Below, piece by piece: positions 29,266 through 38,648 of a stretch of DNA of 64,000 nucleotides. Under the pieces are notes generated by a model. That model was not told the DNA's origin, made no database searches, and saw nothing but the letters and a program-made list of their open reading frames with translations. Made by a program: the position numbers and the translations under genes. The first letter of the stretch is position 1. Every line of letters begins with the position of its first letter. Source of the stretch: an uncultured Eisenbergiella sp. (lineage in GTDB: Bacteria; Bacillota; Clostridia; Lachnospirales; Lachnospiraceae); NCBI GenBank assembly GCA_947627215.1, contig CANQVD010000018.1:6250-70249 (forward strand), read 5' to 3'.

Positions 29266-30267
29266 ATGCCCACCATCAGCGATATTGCCGCGAAACTGGG
29301 GATTTCCAAAAGCACCGTGTCCAAAGGCCTCAACGGCGCCACCGACGTCAGCGACGAAATGAAGCGGCGGATCCTGGAGACCGCCGTGGAGCTGGGTTAT
29401 GTAAATAAGCGTCTTCAGAAGCGGGAACGCAAGCTCTGCATCATCATCGAAAACATGGACTGCGATACGCCCAACCAGTTCGGCCACGATATCGTCCTGG
29501 GCTTCAAGCAGATGGCGGAGCCGGAGGGCTGGACCGTCGATATCGTCCCCATGAGCATGGATTTCCAGCGCGAGACGCCCTACAGCGTGTTCATGATGCA
29601 GCAGGGCTACCAGGCCTCCTTCATCCTCGGGTTTTCGCTGCTGGATCCCTGGATGCAGGAATTCGGCACCGCCCGCATCCCCACCGTGCTCTACGACAAC
29701 TACATCAAAAACAATCCCCACATCGCTTCCGTCGGCTGTGACAACCAGGAGGGCTTCGAGCTGGCCGTCCGGCACCTCATGAAGCTGGGGCATAAAAAGA
29801 TCGGCCTGATCTCGGGGCCACCGGATTCCTACATCATAAAAGCGCGCTACAATGCCTATCTGAGCGCGCTGGAAAAGTACGGCCTGGAGATCAACGAGAA
29901 TTACATCGGCCTGGGCTATTATGTGGCGGAGTCCGCCCGCACCTACATCCCGAAGCTGACCGCCCAGGGCGTCACCGCCATTCTCTTTTCCCATGACGTG
30001 CGGGCCATCGCCGCCCTGACGGAATGCGACGACAGGGACATCCGGGTCCCGGAGGACTTAAGCATCATCGGCTTTGACGATCTGCCCATGACCGCCTACA
30101 CGATCCCCCCGCTGACCACCCTGCGCCAGGACCGGCTGGCCCTGGGCAAATGCGGCTATTACGCCATGTCCTGTCTGCTCAACAACGTGCCCATCGGTTC
30201 CATTCTGCTGCGGGCCACACTGATCGTACGCCAGTCCACCGGCCCCGCGCCAACGGGCACGAAGTGA
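29266..30267 (+). CDS. LacI-family regulator (mal locus)
   Basis: HTH 'TISDIAAKLGISKSTVSKGLNG', 'SIIGFDD'; GGAGG RBS. Confidence 0.92.
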   Translation: MPTISDIAAKLGISKSTVSKGLNGATDVSDEMKRRILETAVELGYVNKRLQKRERKLCIIIENMDCDTPNQFGHDIVLGFKQMAEPEGWTVDIVPMSMDFQRETPYSVFMMQQGYQASFILGFSLLDPWMQEFGTARIPTVLYDNYIKNNPHIASVGCDNQEGFELAVRHLMKLGHKKIGLISGPPDSYIIKARYNAYLSALEKYGLEINENYIGLGYYVAESARTYIPKLTAQGVTAILFSHDVRAIAALTECDDRDIRVPEDLSIIGFDDLPMTAYTIPPLTTLRQDRLALGKCGYYAMSCLLNNVPIGSILLRATLIVRQSTGPAPTGTK

Positions 30268-30411
30268 GGGGCTGATGCGCGCCGGGAGCCGCAATGCGGG
30301 CTTTCTGTCTGTGCCTATCACCGCGAAGCGAACTTTCTTCCCCGGCTGCCGCGAGGTGAGCATTCTCCCGGCAGCCGGGGAAAACTGTCTGCAGTCCGAG
30401 GACCGCATCTC

Positions 30412-31896
30412 CTACTGCTTCGCCTCCGGCAGTCTGGTCCGGAAGATCTGGTGGGCCAACTGTTTCGCGTTGAAAGGAACCAGCGGATACAGATAGCTCT
30501 GGTCGCTGATCGTCCGGTTGGAGGCGATGGAAAAGATCAGGATGAGCACCGCCGCGATATACCCCCAGACGCCGAAAATGGCCGTGAGGATCAGATTCAG
30601 GATCCGCATGAATTTCAGCGCATAGCCCAGCTCGTAACTGTTCTGGGTATAATTCGCCACCGCCACAAACGCCATGTATAACATGACTTCCGCGTTAAAC
30701 CAGCCGCTTTTCACCGAAAATTCCCCCAGCACCAGTGCCGCCATCACGGACAGCGGCGTGCTCAGCATATTGGGCGTATTCACGGCCGCCAGCTTCAGCC
30801 CGTCGATGGCCAGCTCCAGCAGCAGAAACTGCCAGATCAGCGCGATATGGACCTCGTCCTTCACCATGATGAACGCGAATTTCTCCGGCACCCACTGAGG
30901 ATAGCGCATCAGCAGAAGAAAAGTGGGCGTTAGGAAATACGTCAGGACGGCGATCAGCATCCGGGACAGCCGCAGATACGTTCCGGTGATGGGCGGGAAA
31001 TAATAGTCGTCTGCCTCCTCCGCCACATCGAAGAAAGAGGTGGGCGTGATCATGGCCGAAGGGGAATTGTCCACCAGCAGGACGACGTTTCCCTCCAGCA
31101 CCTGCGCCGCGGCCGTGTCCGGCCGTTCCGTATATTTGAACTTCGGAAAGGGATTATACCATCTGCGCTGATACAGGCATTCGGCCAGGCTCTCCTGATT
31201 CAAAGTCAGCGCGTCCACCCTGACGGATTCGATCCGCGTTTTGATCCGGTTCAAAAAAGCCAGATCCACCCGATCCTCCATATAACAGAGTACGATATCC
31301 GTCTGGCTGCTGTTCCCTGCCCTGAGCATTTCCATACGAAGCTGCGGACTTCGGATCCGCCTGCGGATCAGCGCCGTGTTGAAGACGACGGTTTCCACAA
31401 AGCCGTCCTTGGAGCCCCGCAGGACTTTGTCCTTCTCCGGCTCCGAGACGCTGCGGGCCGGATAGGTCCTGGCATCGATGAGAATGCATCTCTCATAACC
31501 GTCGATGAACATGGCCACCACGCCCGACATCACGGCATACGTGATCTTCGCCCAGTCGTCCTCCAGATCCACCTCGCCGTAGGGCACGAGCTGTTTGCTC
31601 ATCTCATGGGCATCCTGCGGCATCTTGTCCGCCGTGATCCCCATGAAATGCTGCAAAAGCTTCTGCATCACCTCGTCCTTGCAGAAGCCGTCGATCATGT
31701 ACAGGCACGCCTGTCTTTCCCCGATCTCCACCACACGGTAGAGCACATCGAAGTTCTTCCCCACCCCCAGATACTCGTTCAGATACCGCATGCTCTCCAG
31801 AAGACTGCCGCTCATTTTTCCAGTGCCGTTCGCCGCTTCTGCTCCGCCGGTCTTTTCCGTTCTGCCGGTCTTTTCCGTTCCGTTCTCCGCTCCCAT
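30412..31896 (-). CDS. Spore germination protein, GerA/SpoVAF family
   Basis: 'EPEKDKVLRGSKDGFVE', 'NTALIRRRIR', 'ERPDTAA', 'LVDNSP'; start at MGAENG behind AAAGGA. Confidence 0.9.
   Translation of the reverse strand: MGAENGTEKTGRTEKTGGAEAANGTGKMSGSLLESMRYLNEYLGVGKNFDVLYRVVEIGERQACLYMIDGFCKDEVMQKLLQHFMGITADKMPQDAHEMSKQLVPYGEVDLEDDWAKITYAVMSGVVAMFIDGYERCILIDARTYPARSVSEPEKDKVLRGSKDGFVETVVFNTALIRRRIRSPQLRMEMLRAGNSSQTDIVLCYMEDRVDLAFLNRIKTRIESVRVDALTLNQESLAECLYQRRWYNPFPKFKYTERPDTAAAQVLEGNVVLLVDNSPSAMITPTSFFDVAEEADDYYFPPITGTYLRLSRMLIAVLTYFLTPTFLLLMRYPQWVPEKFAFIMVKDEVHIALIWQFLLLELAIDGLKLAAVNTPNMLSTPLSVMAALVLGEFSVKSGWFNAEVMLYMAFVAVANYTQNSYELGYALKFMRILNLILTAIFGVWGYIAAVLILIFSIASNRTISDQSYLYPLVPFNAKQLAHQIFRTRLPEAKQ
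31846..31881. repeat. 18-bp in-frame tandem duplication in the GerA N-terminus
   Basis: gccggtcttttccgttc(t/c) twice (TEKTG repeat). Confidence 0.85.
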
Positions 31897-32117
31897 AACG
31901 AGTCCTTTCCGCCGCCGCTTTCCTTTGGCCGCCGTTCTGGAGCTTATTCTGCCCGGAAGGACCCGATTTATGCGTCTGCCCGCGCTCCCGCGATCAATAC
32001 AGCCCCGTGAGAGCATTGTCTTTTTTGCCGGTTTTCTGATATAATAAATACAGACGCGGTCCGCCCGCACACCGGCGGGCGCTCTGCGGCCGTATTTTTT
32101 ACGAAAAAGGGACTGCC

Positions 32118-33026
32118 ATGACAAACGTCGTCAAATCCGCGCAGCGGTTTTTTTCATCCAAAAAGGCGAGAGACCTGGGGCTGGACCTGCTCTGCGATAT
32201 CCTGGGGAGCATCCTGTACGCCGCGGGCGTCTATTCCTTCGCCCGCATGGCGGACTTCGCGCCCGGCGGGATCTCCGGCCTGGCGCTGATCGCCAACCAT
32301 CTGTGGGGACTGCCCATCGGCACGGTGTCCCTGATCCTGAACATCCCGCTGATCCTTTTGAGCTATCGGATCGTGGGACGCCGTTTCATGCGCAAATCCA
32401 TCCGCACCATTCTGATGAACACGGTCTTTCTGGATCTGGTCTTCCCGCATCTGCCCTGCTACAGCGGTTCCCCGTTGCTGGCCGCGCTCTTCTACGGCGT
32501 GCTGCTGGGCGCGGGGCTGGCCTTCGTCTATATCCGCGGCTCCTCCACCGGCGGAACGGATTTTTTGACCATGACCGTCAAGACCCTGCGCCCCCACCTC
32601 TCCGTCGGCACGGTCACCATGCTCATCGACCTGGTGGTCATCCTGCTGGGCGGTCTGGTATTCGGGAATATCGATTCCGTCCTGTACGGACTCATCGCCA
32701 CCTTTGTGGCGTCCACCGTCATCGATAAGATCATGTACGGCACCGAGGCCGGGAAGCTGGCCATCATCATCACCGAAAAAGGACCGCAGGCGGCCGCGCA
32801 GATCGACGCGGTCTGTGCCAGAGGCTCCACTCTGATCCGGGCGAAGGGCGCCTATACCGATCTGGAACGGCAGGTCCTGCTCTGCGCCTGCTCCAAGGCC
32901 GAGGCCTATAAGGTGCGCCACGCCGCCTATGACGTGGACCCCGGCGCTTTCGTCATGATCACGGAGACCAGCAAGGTGTTCGGCGAAGGCTTCATCGATC
33001 CTACGGATAATGTAAAAATCGGCTGA
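32118..33026 (+). CDS. YitT family membrane protein
   Basis: 'GGISGLA', 'GSSTGGTD', C-terminal 'DPGAFV...V.GEGF'. Confidence 0.9.
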   Translation: MTNVVKSAQRFFSSKKARDLGLDLLCDILGSILYAAGVYSFARMADFAPGGISGLALIANHLWGLPIGTVSLILNIPLILLSYRIVGRRFMRKSIRTILMNTVFLDLVFPHLPCYSGSPLLAALFYGVLLGAGLAFVYIRGSSTGGTDFLTMTVKTLRPHLSVGTVTMLIDLVVILLGGLVFGNIDSVLYGLIATFVASTVIDKIMYGTEAGKLAIIITEKGPQAAAQIDAVCARGSTLIRAKGAYTDLERQVLLCACSKAEAYKVRHAAYDVDPGAFVMITETSKVFGEGFIDPTDNVKIG

Positions 33027-33076
33027 GCGCCGCCCCAAAGTACAGAACAAAGATCACGGAACAAAGGAGAACCCCC

Positions 33077-34201
33077 ATGAGATACGCACCCTTCCTTCCC
33101 AAACACGGCACCATCGGCTTCGCGGCCCCGTCCTTCGGCTGCGCCTCCTCCCCTTACCGGGAGGCTTTTGAGAGCGCTCAGAAAACCTTCCGCCGCCTCG
33201 GCTACCGGCTGGATCCCGGTCCCAACTGCTATGCGGCCGAAGGCATCGGCATCAGCAATACGCCCCAAAAGTGCGCGGCGGAGCTGATGGAATGGTATCA
33301 GAGAAAAGAGAATGACTGCCTGATCTCCTGCGGCGGCGGAGAGCTGATGTGTGAGATCCTGGAATATCTGGATTTTGATGTGTTAAAGAAGGCAGCTCCG
33401 AAATGGTATATGGGCTATTCCGACAACACCAATTTCACCTTCCTGCAGGCCACGCTCTGCGACACTGCAGCCATTTACGGCCCCTGCGCGCCCGCCTTCG
33501 GCATGAAGCCCTGGCATTCTTCCCTCAAAGACGCCATGGGGCTTCTCACCGGGCGAAAGACTTCCGTCTCCGGCTATCCGCTCTGGGAAAAGGAATCCCT
33601 GAAAGACGAGGAACACCCGCTCGCGCCCTACCATGTGACGGAGCCGCGCATCCTCCGGGTGTTCCCCGATGGGAAAACCCGCCTGCCCGAAGAACCATGT
33701 TCTGATACCGTTGCCGCAGCGTCCGACGAACAGCGTCTTGGCGAAACGCCGCACGCCGCCAAAGCTTCCGATATGGAGCTTCGCTTCTCCGGCCGTTTGC
33801 TGGGCGGCTGCATGGACTGCCTGGTGAACCTGACCGGAACCCGCTTTGACCGGGTCGGCGATTTCGTGAAAAAATACCGGGAGGACGGCATTCTCTGGTT
33901 CCTGGAGTCCTGCGACCTGAACGTGTTCGGTATCCGCCGCGCTATGTGGCAGATGGAGCAGGCCGGCTGGTTCGAAGGCGCAAGCGGCTTCCTGATCGGC
34001 CGCCCGCTGTGCTTCGGGCAGGAAATGATGGGGCTGGACGCCTATGAAGCGGTCCTCTCCATCGCCTGCCGCCACGGCGTCCCCGTCGTCATGGACGCGG
34101 ACCTGGGACATCTGCCGCCGATGATGCCGCTCATCACAGGCAGTCTCGGACAGGTCCGCGTCAAGGGCGGCGACATTCGCATCCGCATGGAGCTGCGCTG
34201 A
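33077..34201 (+). CDS. LD-carboxypeptidase, S66/MccF family
   Basis: 'MGYSDNT' Ser motif, 'WFLES', 'DLGHLPP'. Confidence 0.88.
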   Translation: MRYAPFLPKHGTIGFAAPSFGCASSPYREAFESAQKTFRRLGYRLDPGPNCYAAEGIGISNTPQKCAAELMEWYQRKENDCLISCGGGELMCEILEYLDFDVLKKAAPKWYMGYSDNTNFTFLQATLCDTAAIYGPCAPAFGMKPWHSSLKDAMGLLTGRKTSVSGYPLWEKESLKDEEHPLAPYHVTEPRILRVFPDGKTRLPEEPCSDTVAAASDEQRLGETPHAAKASDMELRFSGRLLGGCMDCLVNLTGTRFDRVGDFVKKYREDGILWFLESCDLNVFGIRRAMWQMEQAGWFEGASGFLIGRPLCFGQEMMGLDAYEAVLSIACRHGVPVVMDADLGHLPPMMPLITGSLGQVRVKGGDIRIRMELR

Positions 34202-34223
34202 GCCGCGCGGAATACAGGAAACG

Positions 34224-36395
34224 CTACAGATTATCGTGTTCGAGACGCTTAATCACTTCGTTCTGCAGAACAGGCGCCAGATCCACGAAATAATCGCTGT
34301 AGCCCGCGATCCGCACGAGGAGCGTCCGGTACTTCTCCGGATGCTTCTGCGCGTCGAGAAGCGTTTCCTGATCGACCACATTGAACTGCATCTCAAAGTT
34401 CCCGTTTCTCATGAATTCCCGGACAAATTCCCGAACCGCGCCAAACCCGTCCCGCATCATCGACCTGCTGAAACGAAAATTGGTCGCTATGCCGCCGATG
34501 CCGTACATCTGATCGATCTTGGAAACGGAGCGCATGAGCGCCGTCGGCCCGTTCTTATCCATCCCCTGAACCGCGCCGAGACATTCGGACAGCGCCTCCG
34601 CCTGCCGTCTGCCGTCCGGCGTGGCGGCACACTGTTCGCCGTAAACGCCGTGCATGATCCACGCGAAATAGCTCGGATGGAAGGTACCGCCGATGCTCGT
34701 GCGAAACAGCTTCAGCTCATCCCGGATATAGTTGAACAGATCGCTGCCGATCGCATCGACCTCGTCGATGTCGTTGCCGAATTTCGGGCATTTGTTGAGC
34801 AGGAACGCGCGCAGCCTTCCCTCCTCCTCAAAATTATCCCGCATCGCGTCCGCGATCTCCCGAAGCGTGACGATCTTATCCTCATAAACGCATTTTCGGA
34901 TCGCTGCTATGGAATCGATCAGATTGATGAAGCCCGGGAAGCAGGGATAAATGAAGTTGTACCGTGCTCCGCCCGCCCCGGAATCCTTTCCGAGGGCAAG
35001 ACAGTCATTGAGGAAGCACGAGGCAAAGGGCGACGCACAATACTTTTCGTTATAGAGGCAGCAATCCTGAATTTCCATCAGCTCGCCCTTGATGATATTG
35101 TCGATGGTCTCCTTTGCCTTCGCGTAAAAGCTGTCAAACGTATCATAGCTGTCAATGTCCGATTCCACGTCGTGCAGCAGTCTGAAATCGTTTCCGAAGA
35201 TCTTTTTGCCGTCATTTAAGATGTACTCCAATCCCTTGTTCAGATTGATATACGGCGTCGCGACCCGGATGTTCGATGCGGCGATGGGCGTGATCTCGAC
35301 GCACGTGCTGTGAATATAGTAGCAGGCATCCTCGTATCTGACGCCGGCATCCATGAGGCCCCTGATGACGACATCGTCATTGAAGAGGGCCGGACGCGTA
35401 TAGCCCTGACGGTTCATTTCCAGGCACAGGTCCAGCAAATCCTCCGGGATCGCTTCATTATAGCAGACGGAAACGGAAGGGTTCACAAGCCCCGTCGTCC
35501 CGATCGCCCTGACAAACATGTACGAAAGCTCATTCCAGTTCGGTTTCCCGTTCCTGTCCCGTCCGCCGACCATGATCGAGGCCGGCCAGGAGCCGTACAG
35601 CATGTTATGCTTGAAATAGAGATCCTCGATCAGACTCATCACGGTATCGTCGTCGATTCTCCCGCAGGCCTTATCCCGGACATAATAGGGATACAGATAA
35701 TTATCCGGCCTGCCGGTAAGGGACGTATCGCCGGAGATCGCCTGCAGCAGGAATTCGACAAACCAGACGGACTGCAGCGCTTCAAAAAAAGTGGTCGCAG
35801 GGGCCGCCGGGACGACCGCCATGGCCGCCGCGATCCGCTCCAGCTCCGCCTTTCTCTCCGGATCGGACGTCTCCGCAGCTTTTCTCTCCGCCTCAGCCCT
35901 GTACCTTTCCGCAAACCGCACCGCCGCCAGAAGCTCCGTCCGGCACGACCTGTAAAAGCTCCTTTTCGCGGCGCATGCGGGATCGGAAAAGACAATGGCC
36001 TTTTCATAGCCTTCGATCTCCTTCAAAACGCCGTTGATCCCTTTTTGGAGCAGCTTTTCATAATCGATCACCCGATGCCCGGTGGAGTTGGAAGCCCTTG
36101 CGTTCAGCGCGCCGACGCCCTCCAGCCTGATGCGCATCTCTTTCAGCTCCGCCTCCATCTCCGGCGTATACTGCTCCTCCAGGCAGAACCTTCCCGCCAG
36201 AAGATCATCGTCGTCGATACAGGCGGGAAAATGATCCATCTGATATGCTGTGATGTTCGCCTTCGCCTCGTTCTGGAAGCGCACGTCCTTATACAGCAGA
36301 TATGCCTTATCCGCGTAATACTCGGCGCATGGGACACAGTTTTTCCTGTTGAAGATATGATCCCTGATCCGTTGTTTTCTCTCCTCGCTCAGCAT
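34224..36395 (-). CDS. Glycyl radical enzyme (PFL-like superfamily), function unknown
   Basis: Gly loop 'LVRIAGYS', Cys loop 'STCVEI', 'TPDGR', 'QFNVV'; 723 aa. Confidence 0.9.
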   Translation of the reverse strand: MLSEERKQRIRDHIFNRKNCVPCAEYYADKAYLLYKDVRFQNEAKANITAYQMDHFPACIDDDDLLAGRFCLEEQYTPEMEAELKEMRIRLEGVGALNARASNSTGHRVIDYEKLLQKGINGVLKEIEGYEKAIVFSDPACAAKRSFYRSCRTELLAAVRFAERYRAEAERKAAETSDPERKAELERIAAAMAVVPAAPATTFFEALQSVWFVEFLLQAISGDTSLTGRPDNYLYPYYVRDKACGRIDDDTVMSLIEDLYFKHNMLYGSWPASIMVGGRDRNGKPNWNELSYMFVRAIGTTGLVNPSVSVCYNEAIPEDLLDLCLEMNRQGYTRPALFNDDVVIRGLMDAGVRYEDACYYIHSTCVEITPIAASNIRVATPYINLNKGLEYILNDGKKIFGNDFRLLHDVESDIDSYDTFDSFYAKAKETIDNIIKGELMEIQDCCLYNEKYCASPFASCFLNDCLALGKDSGAGGARYNFIYPCFPGFINLIDSIAAIRKCVYEDKIVTLREIADAMRDNFEEEGRLRAFLLNKCPKFGNDIDEVDAIGSDLFNYIRDELKLFRTSIGGTFHPSYFAWIMHGVYGEQCAATPDGRRQAEALSECLGAVQGMDKNGPTALMRSVSKIDQMYGIGGIATNFRFSRSMMRDGFGAVREFVREFMRNGNFEMQFNVVDQETLLDAQKHPEKYRTLLVRIAGYSDYFVDLAPVLQNEVIKRLEHDNL

Positions 36396-36475
36396 AGTCC
36401 TCTTCTCCTTCCAAATGGATCCGCTCTCCGGCTGTCCGATCTCCGGCCGCCCGCAGATTCATCCTCCCATAAAAC

Positions 36476-37327
36476 CTATCGCAATAACTTTTCCAATTCG
36501 GCAATATCCGCGTCGGGAAGATCCTTCGCCTGAAACTCCCTGTTCAGGCTCTCGTATTTTCCGACACAGATGCCATGGAACGCAAGCAGCCCATATTTGA
36601 CATCGGTGTCCAGCGACGAGACAAAATCCCGAATCCTGAGAATCTCCTCCGGGGTATCGTTAAATCCCGGAATGACGGGCGTGCGGATCACGAGCCGCTT
36701 CTTCTGCCGTGCCAGCCTCGCGATATTCGCAAGAATCCTCTCGTTTCCGGCCCCCGTCGCTTCCCGGTGCTTCCCGGAGTCCATCGTCTTGATATCGCAG
36801 ATGAAGCAGTCGCAGAGATCCTCTATCGCTTCGAAATTTTCCCACGGAACGCAGGCCGCCGTTTCAACGGCCGTCGATATTCCCTCTTCCCTGCATCGCC
36901 TCATCACCTCCGCCACGAACTGCGGCTGCAGAAGCGGCTCGCCGCCGGAAAAAGTGACCCCTCCGCCGGAGCGCCGGAAGATTTCCCTGTCCTTCCTCAG
37001 CTTCCCGAACAGCTCTTCGGCCGAAATGTCATACCCCGCGGCGACCCTCGCTTCACTCCAGCAGACGTCGACGCACCTGCCGCATTTGATACACCGATCC
37101 GTGAAAAGGGCCGTCGTCCTCCCGTCTCCCGCAGGACATACCTTCGCGCATTCGCCGCATCGGATGCACTTGTGCGGAAAGAACTGCATCGACCGTTCGC
37201 GGTCGTGAGATTCCGGATTGTGGCACCAGTAACAGCGCAGATTGCAGCCCTTCATGAAAACCACTGTGCGCAGCCCGTCTCCGTCGTGGATCGAAAAGGG
37301 CTGGATATTGAACACTCTTCCCAGCAT
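36476..37327 (-). CDS. Glycyl radical activating enzyme (radical SAM with ferredoxin insert)
   Basis: 'GCNLRCYWCHNPES', two CxxCxxCxxxC motifs, 'TFSGGEP'. Confidence 0.93.
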   Translation of the reverse strand: MLGRVFNIQPFSIHDGDGLRTVVFMKGCNLRCYWCHNPESHDRERSMQFFPHKCIRCGECAKVCPAGDGRTTALFTDRCIKCGRCVDVCWSEARVAAGYDISAEELFGKLRKDREIFRRSGGGVTFSGGEPLLQPQFVAEVMRRCREEGISTAVETAACVPWENFEAIEDLCDCFICDIKTMDSGKHREATGAGNERILANIARLARQKKRLVIRTPVIPGFNDTPEEILRIRDFVSSLDTDVKYGLLAFHGICVGKYESLNREFQAKDLPDADIAELEKLLR

Positions 37328-37421
37328 ATTTCCCCCTTTCCTGCTGTGTCACCATTTTAGCATGCGCAAAAATCCCGGGCAAGAAAAATCGATGCGGATT
37401 TCATTCCGCTCCCTGTATCCA

Positions 37422-37450
37422 TTGACTTTGTTAACAAAAAATGTTAAAAT
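37422..37450 (+). promoter_or_regulatory. Sigma-A promoter of LacI with a palindrome in the spacer
   Basis: TTGACT-17-TAAAAT with TG; TTTGTTAACAAA at 37427-37438. Confidence 0.7.
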
Positions 37451-37481
37451 CATAGAAAACACAGAAAACGGAGGGTTGCAC

Positions 37482-38513
37482 ATGACAAAGGTCACCATGC
37501 AGGACATCGCCGATGCTGTCGGCACCTCGCGCATCACCGTCTGGAAAGCGTTCAATCACAAAAGCGGCGTATCGGAGACCACACGCCTGCAGATCCTGCG
37601 CACCGCCGCCGATATGGGCTACCAGAAGCTGCCGTCCGATATTTTCGAGGAGGTATCGTCGCTGCACCACAAAACGGCGGCCCTCATCGTCTCCAGGCCC
37701 GAGACCTCCATCTTCTGGACAAACATCATTCACGAGATCGCCAAGGAATTTTCCCGGCATGACACCGATCTGATCTATACCTACGTTCCCCACATCTACG
37801 AAGACGGCTATACCCTGCCCGCCACCCTGCACGAGGGCGGCGTCAGCGGCTGCATCATGCTGAACGTCTACGACAGGCATATCCTGCGGCTGATAAACCG
37901 CCTTCCCATCCCAAAGGTATTCCTGGATACCGCGGCGGACACGCCTCCATCCGGGCTGCAGGGGGATCTGATCCTGCTGGAAGGAAAGGATACTCTGTGC
38001 GCCCTGACGGATTACGTCATCCGCCACGGCTATACCCGGCTGGGGTTCATCGGGGACATCCATTACGCCCGGACCAACGCCATGCGCTATCACGGATTTC
38101 TGGAGGCCATGCAGGAAAACGGGCTCACCGTCGATCCTGGCTGCTGCCTCTGCACCCCTTTCGGAGCCGATACCTACGAAGAACAGATCGCGGCATTCCT
38201 GGACGGCCTGTCCAGTCTCCCCCAGGGCTTCATCTGCGTCAGCGATTATGTCGCCTCTGTCACACGTTCCTGCCTTTTAAGCCGCGGTCTGCGGATCCCG
38301 GAGGACATCATCCTGACCGGCTATGACGGCAGCACGGAACAGAACAACGCCCAGCTCTGCGCCACCGTCAACGTGAATACGGCCGCACTGGGACAGCGCC
38401 TCGCCATGCAACTCCTCTACCGCATCGAAAATCCCCACGCCTCCCGGGAAACGGTTTTCATCGAATCTCCAATCGTCTACCCCACGCCCTGTCCCTCACG
38501 CACGGACGGGTAA
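37482..38513 (+). CDS. LacI-family regulator (divergent from the GRE operon)
   Basis: HTH 'VTMQDIADAVGTSRITVWKAFN', 'LTGYDG'. Confidence 0.9.
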   Translation: MTKVTMQDIADAVGTSRITVWKAFNHKSGVSETTRLQILRTAADMGYQKLPSDIFEEVSSLHHKTAALIVSRPETSIFWTNIIHEIAKEFSRHDTDLIYTYVPHIYEDGYTLPATLHEGGVSGCIMLNVYDRHILRLINRLPIPKVFLDTAADTPPSGLQGDLILLEGKDTLCALTDYVIRHGYTRLGFIGDIHYARTNAMRYHGFLEAMQENGLTVDPGCCLCTPFGADTYEEQIAAFLDGLSSLPQGFICVSDYVASVTRSCLLSRGLRIPEDIILTGYDGSTEQNNAQLCATVNVNTAALGQRLAMQLLYRIENPHASRETVFIESPIVYPTPCPSRTDG

Positions 38514-38570
38514 CGCCGATGCATCAGTGATCCCTGTTTCGGATACGGATATCTCCGGCATGATATAACA

Positions 38571-38596
38571 AGGGCCGCGGCTTGCGCCGCGGCCCT
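38571..38596. terminator. Stem-loop between convergent lacI and SBP genes
   Basis: AGGGCCGCGG-cttgcg-CCGCGGCCCT. Confidence 0.7.
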
Positions 38597-38648
38597 CTTA
38601 TTGCGGGTTTCCCCGCTGCTGTGCAGTTTGTGCGCGTCATTTGTCCGA

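Noticed and set aside
34224-36395. Calling the GRE pyruvate formate-lyase or propanediol dehydratase
   Set aside because: It lacks the PFL CC motif. Its size, Cys-loop context and the absence of microcompartment genes do not fit propanediol dehydratase.
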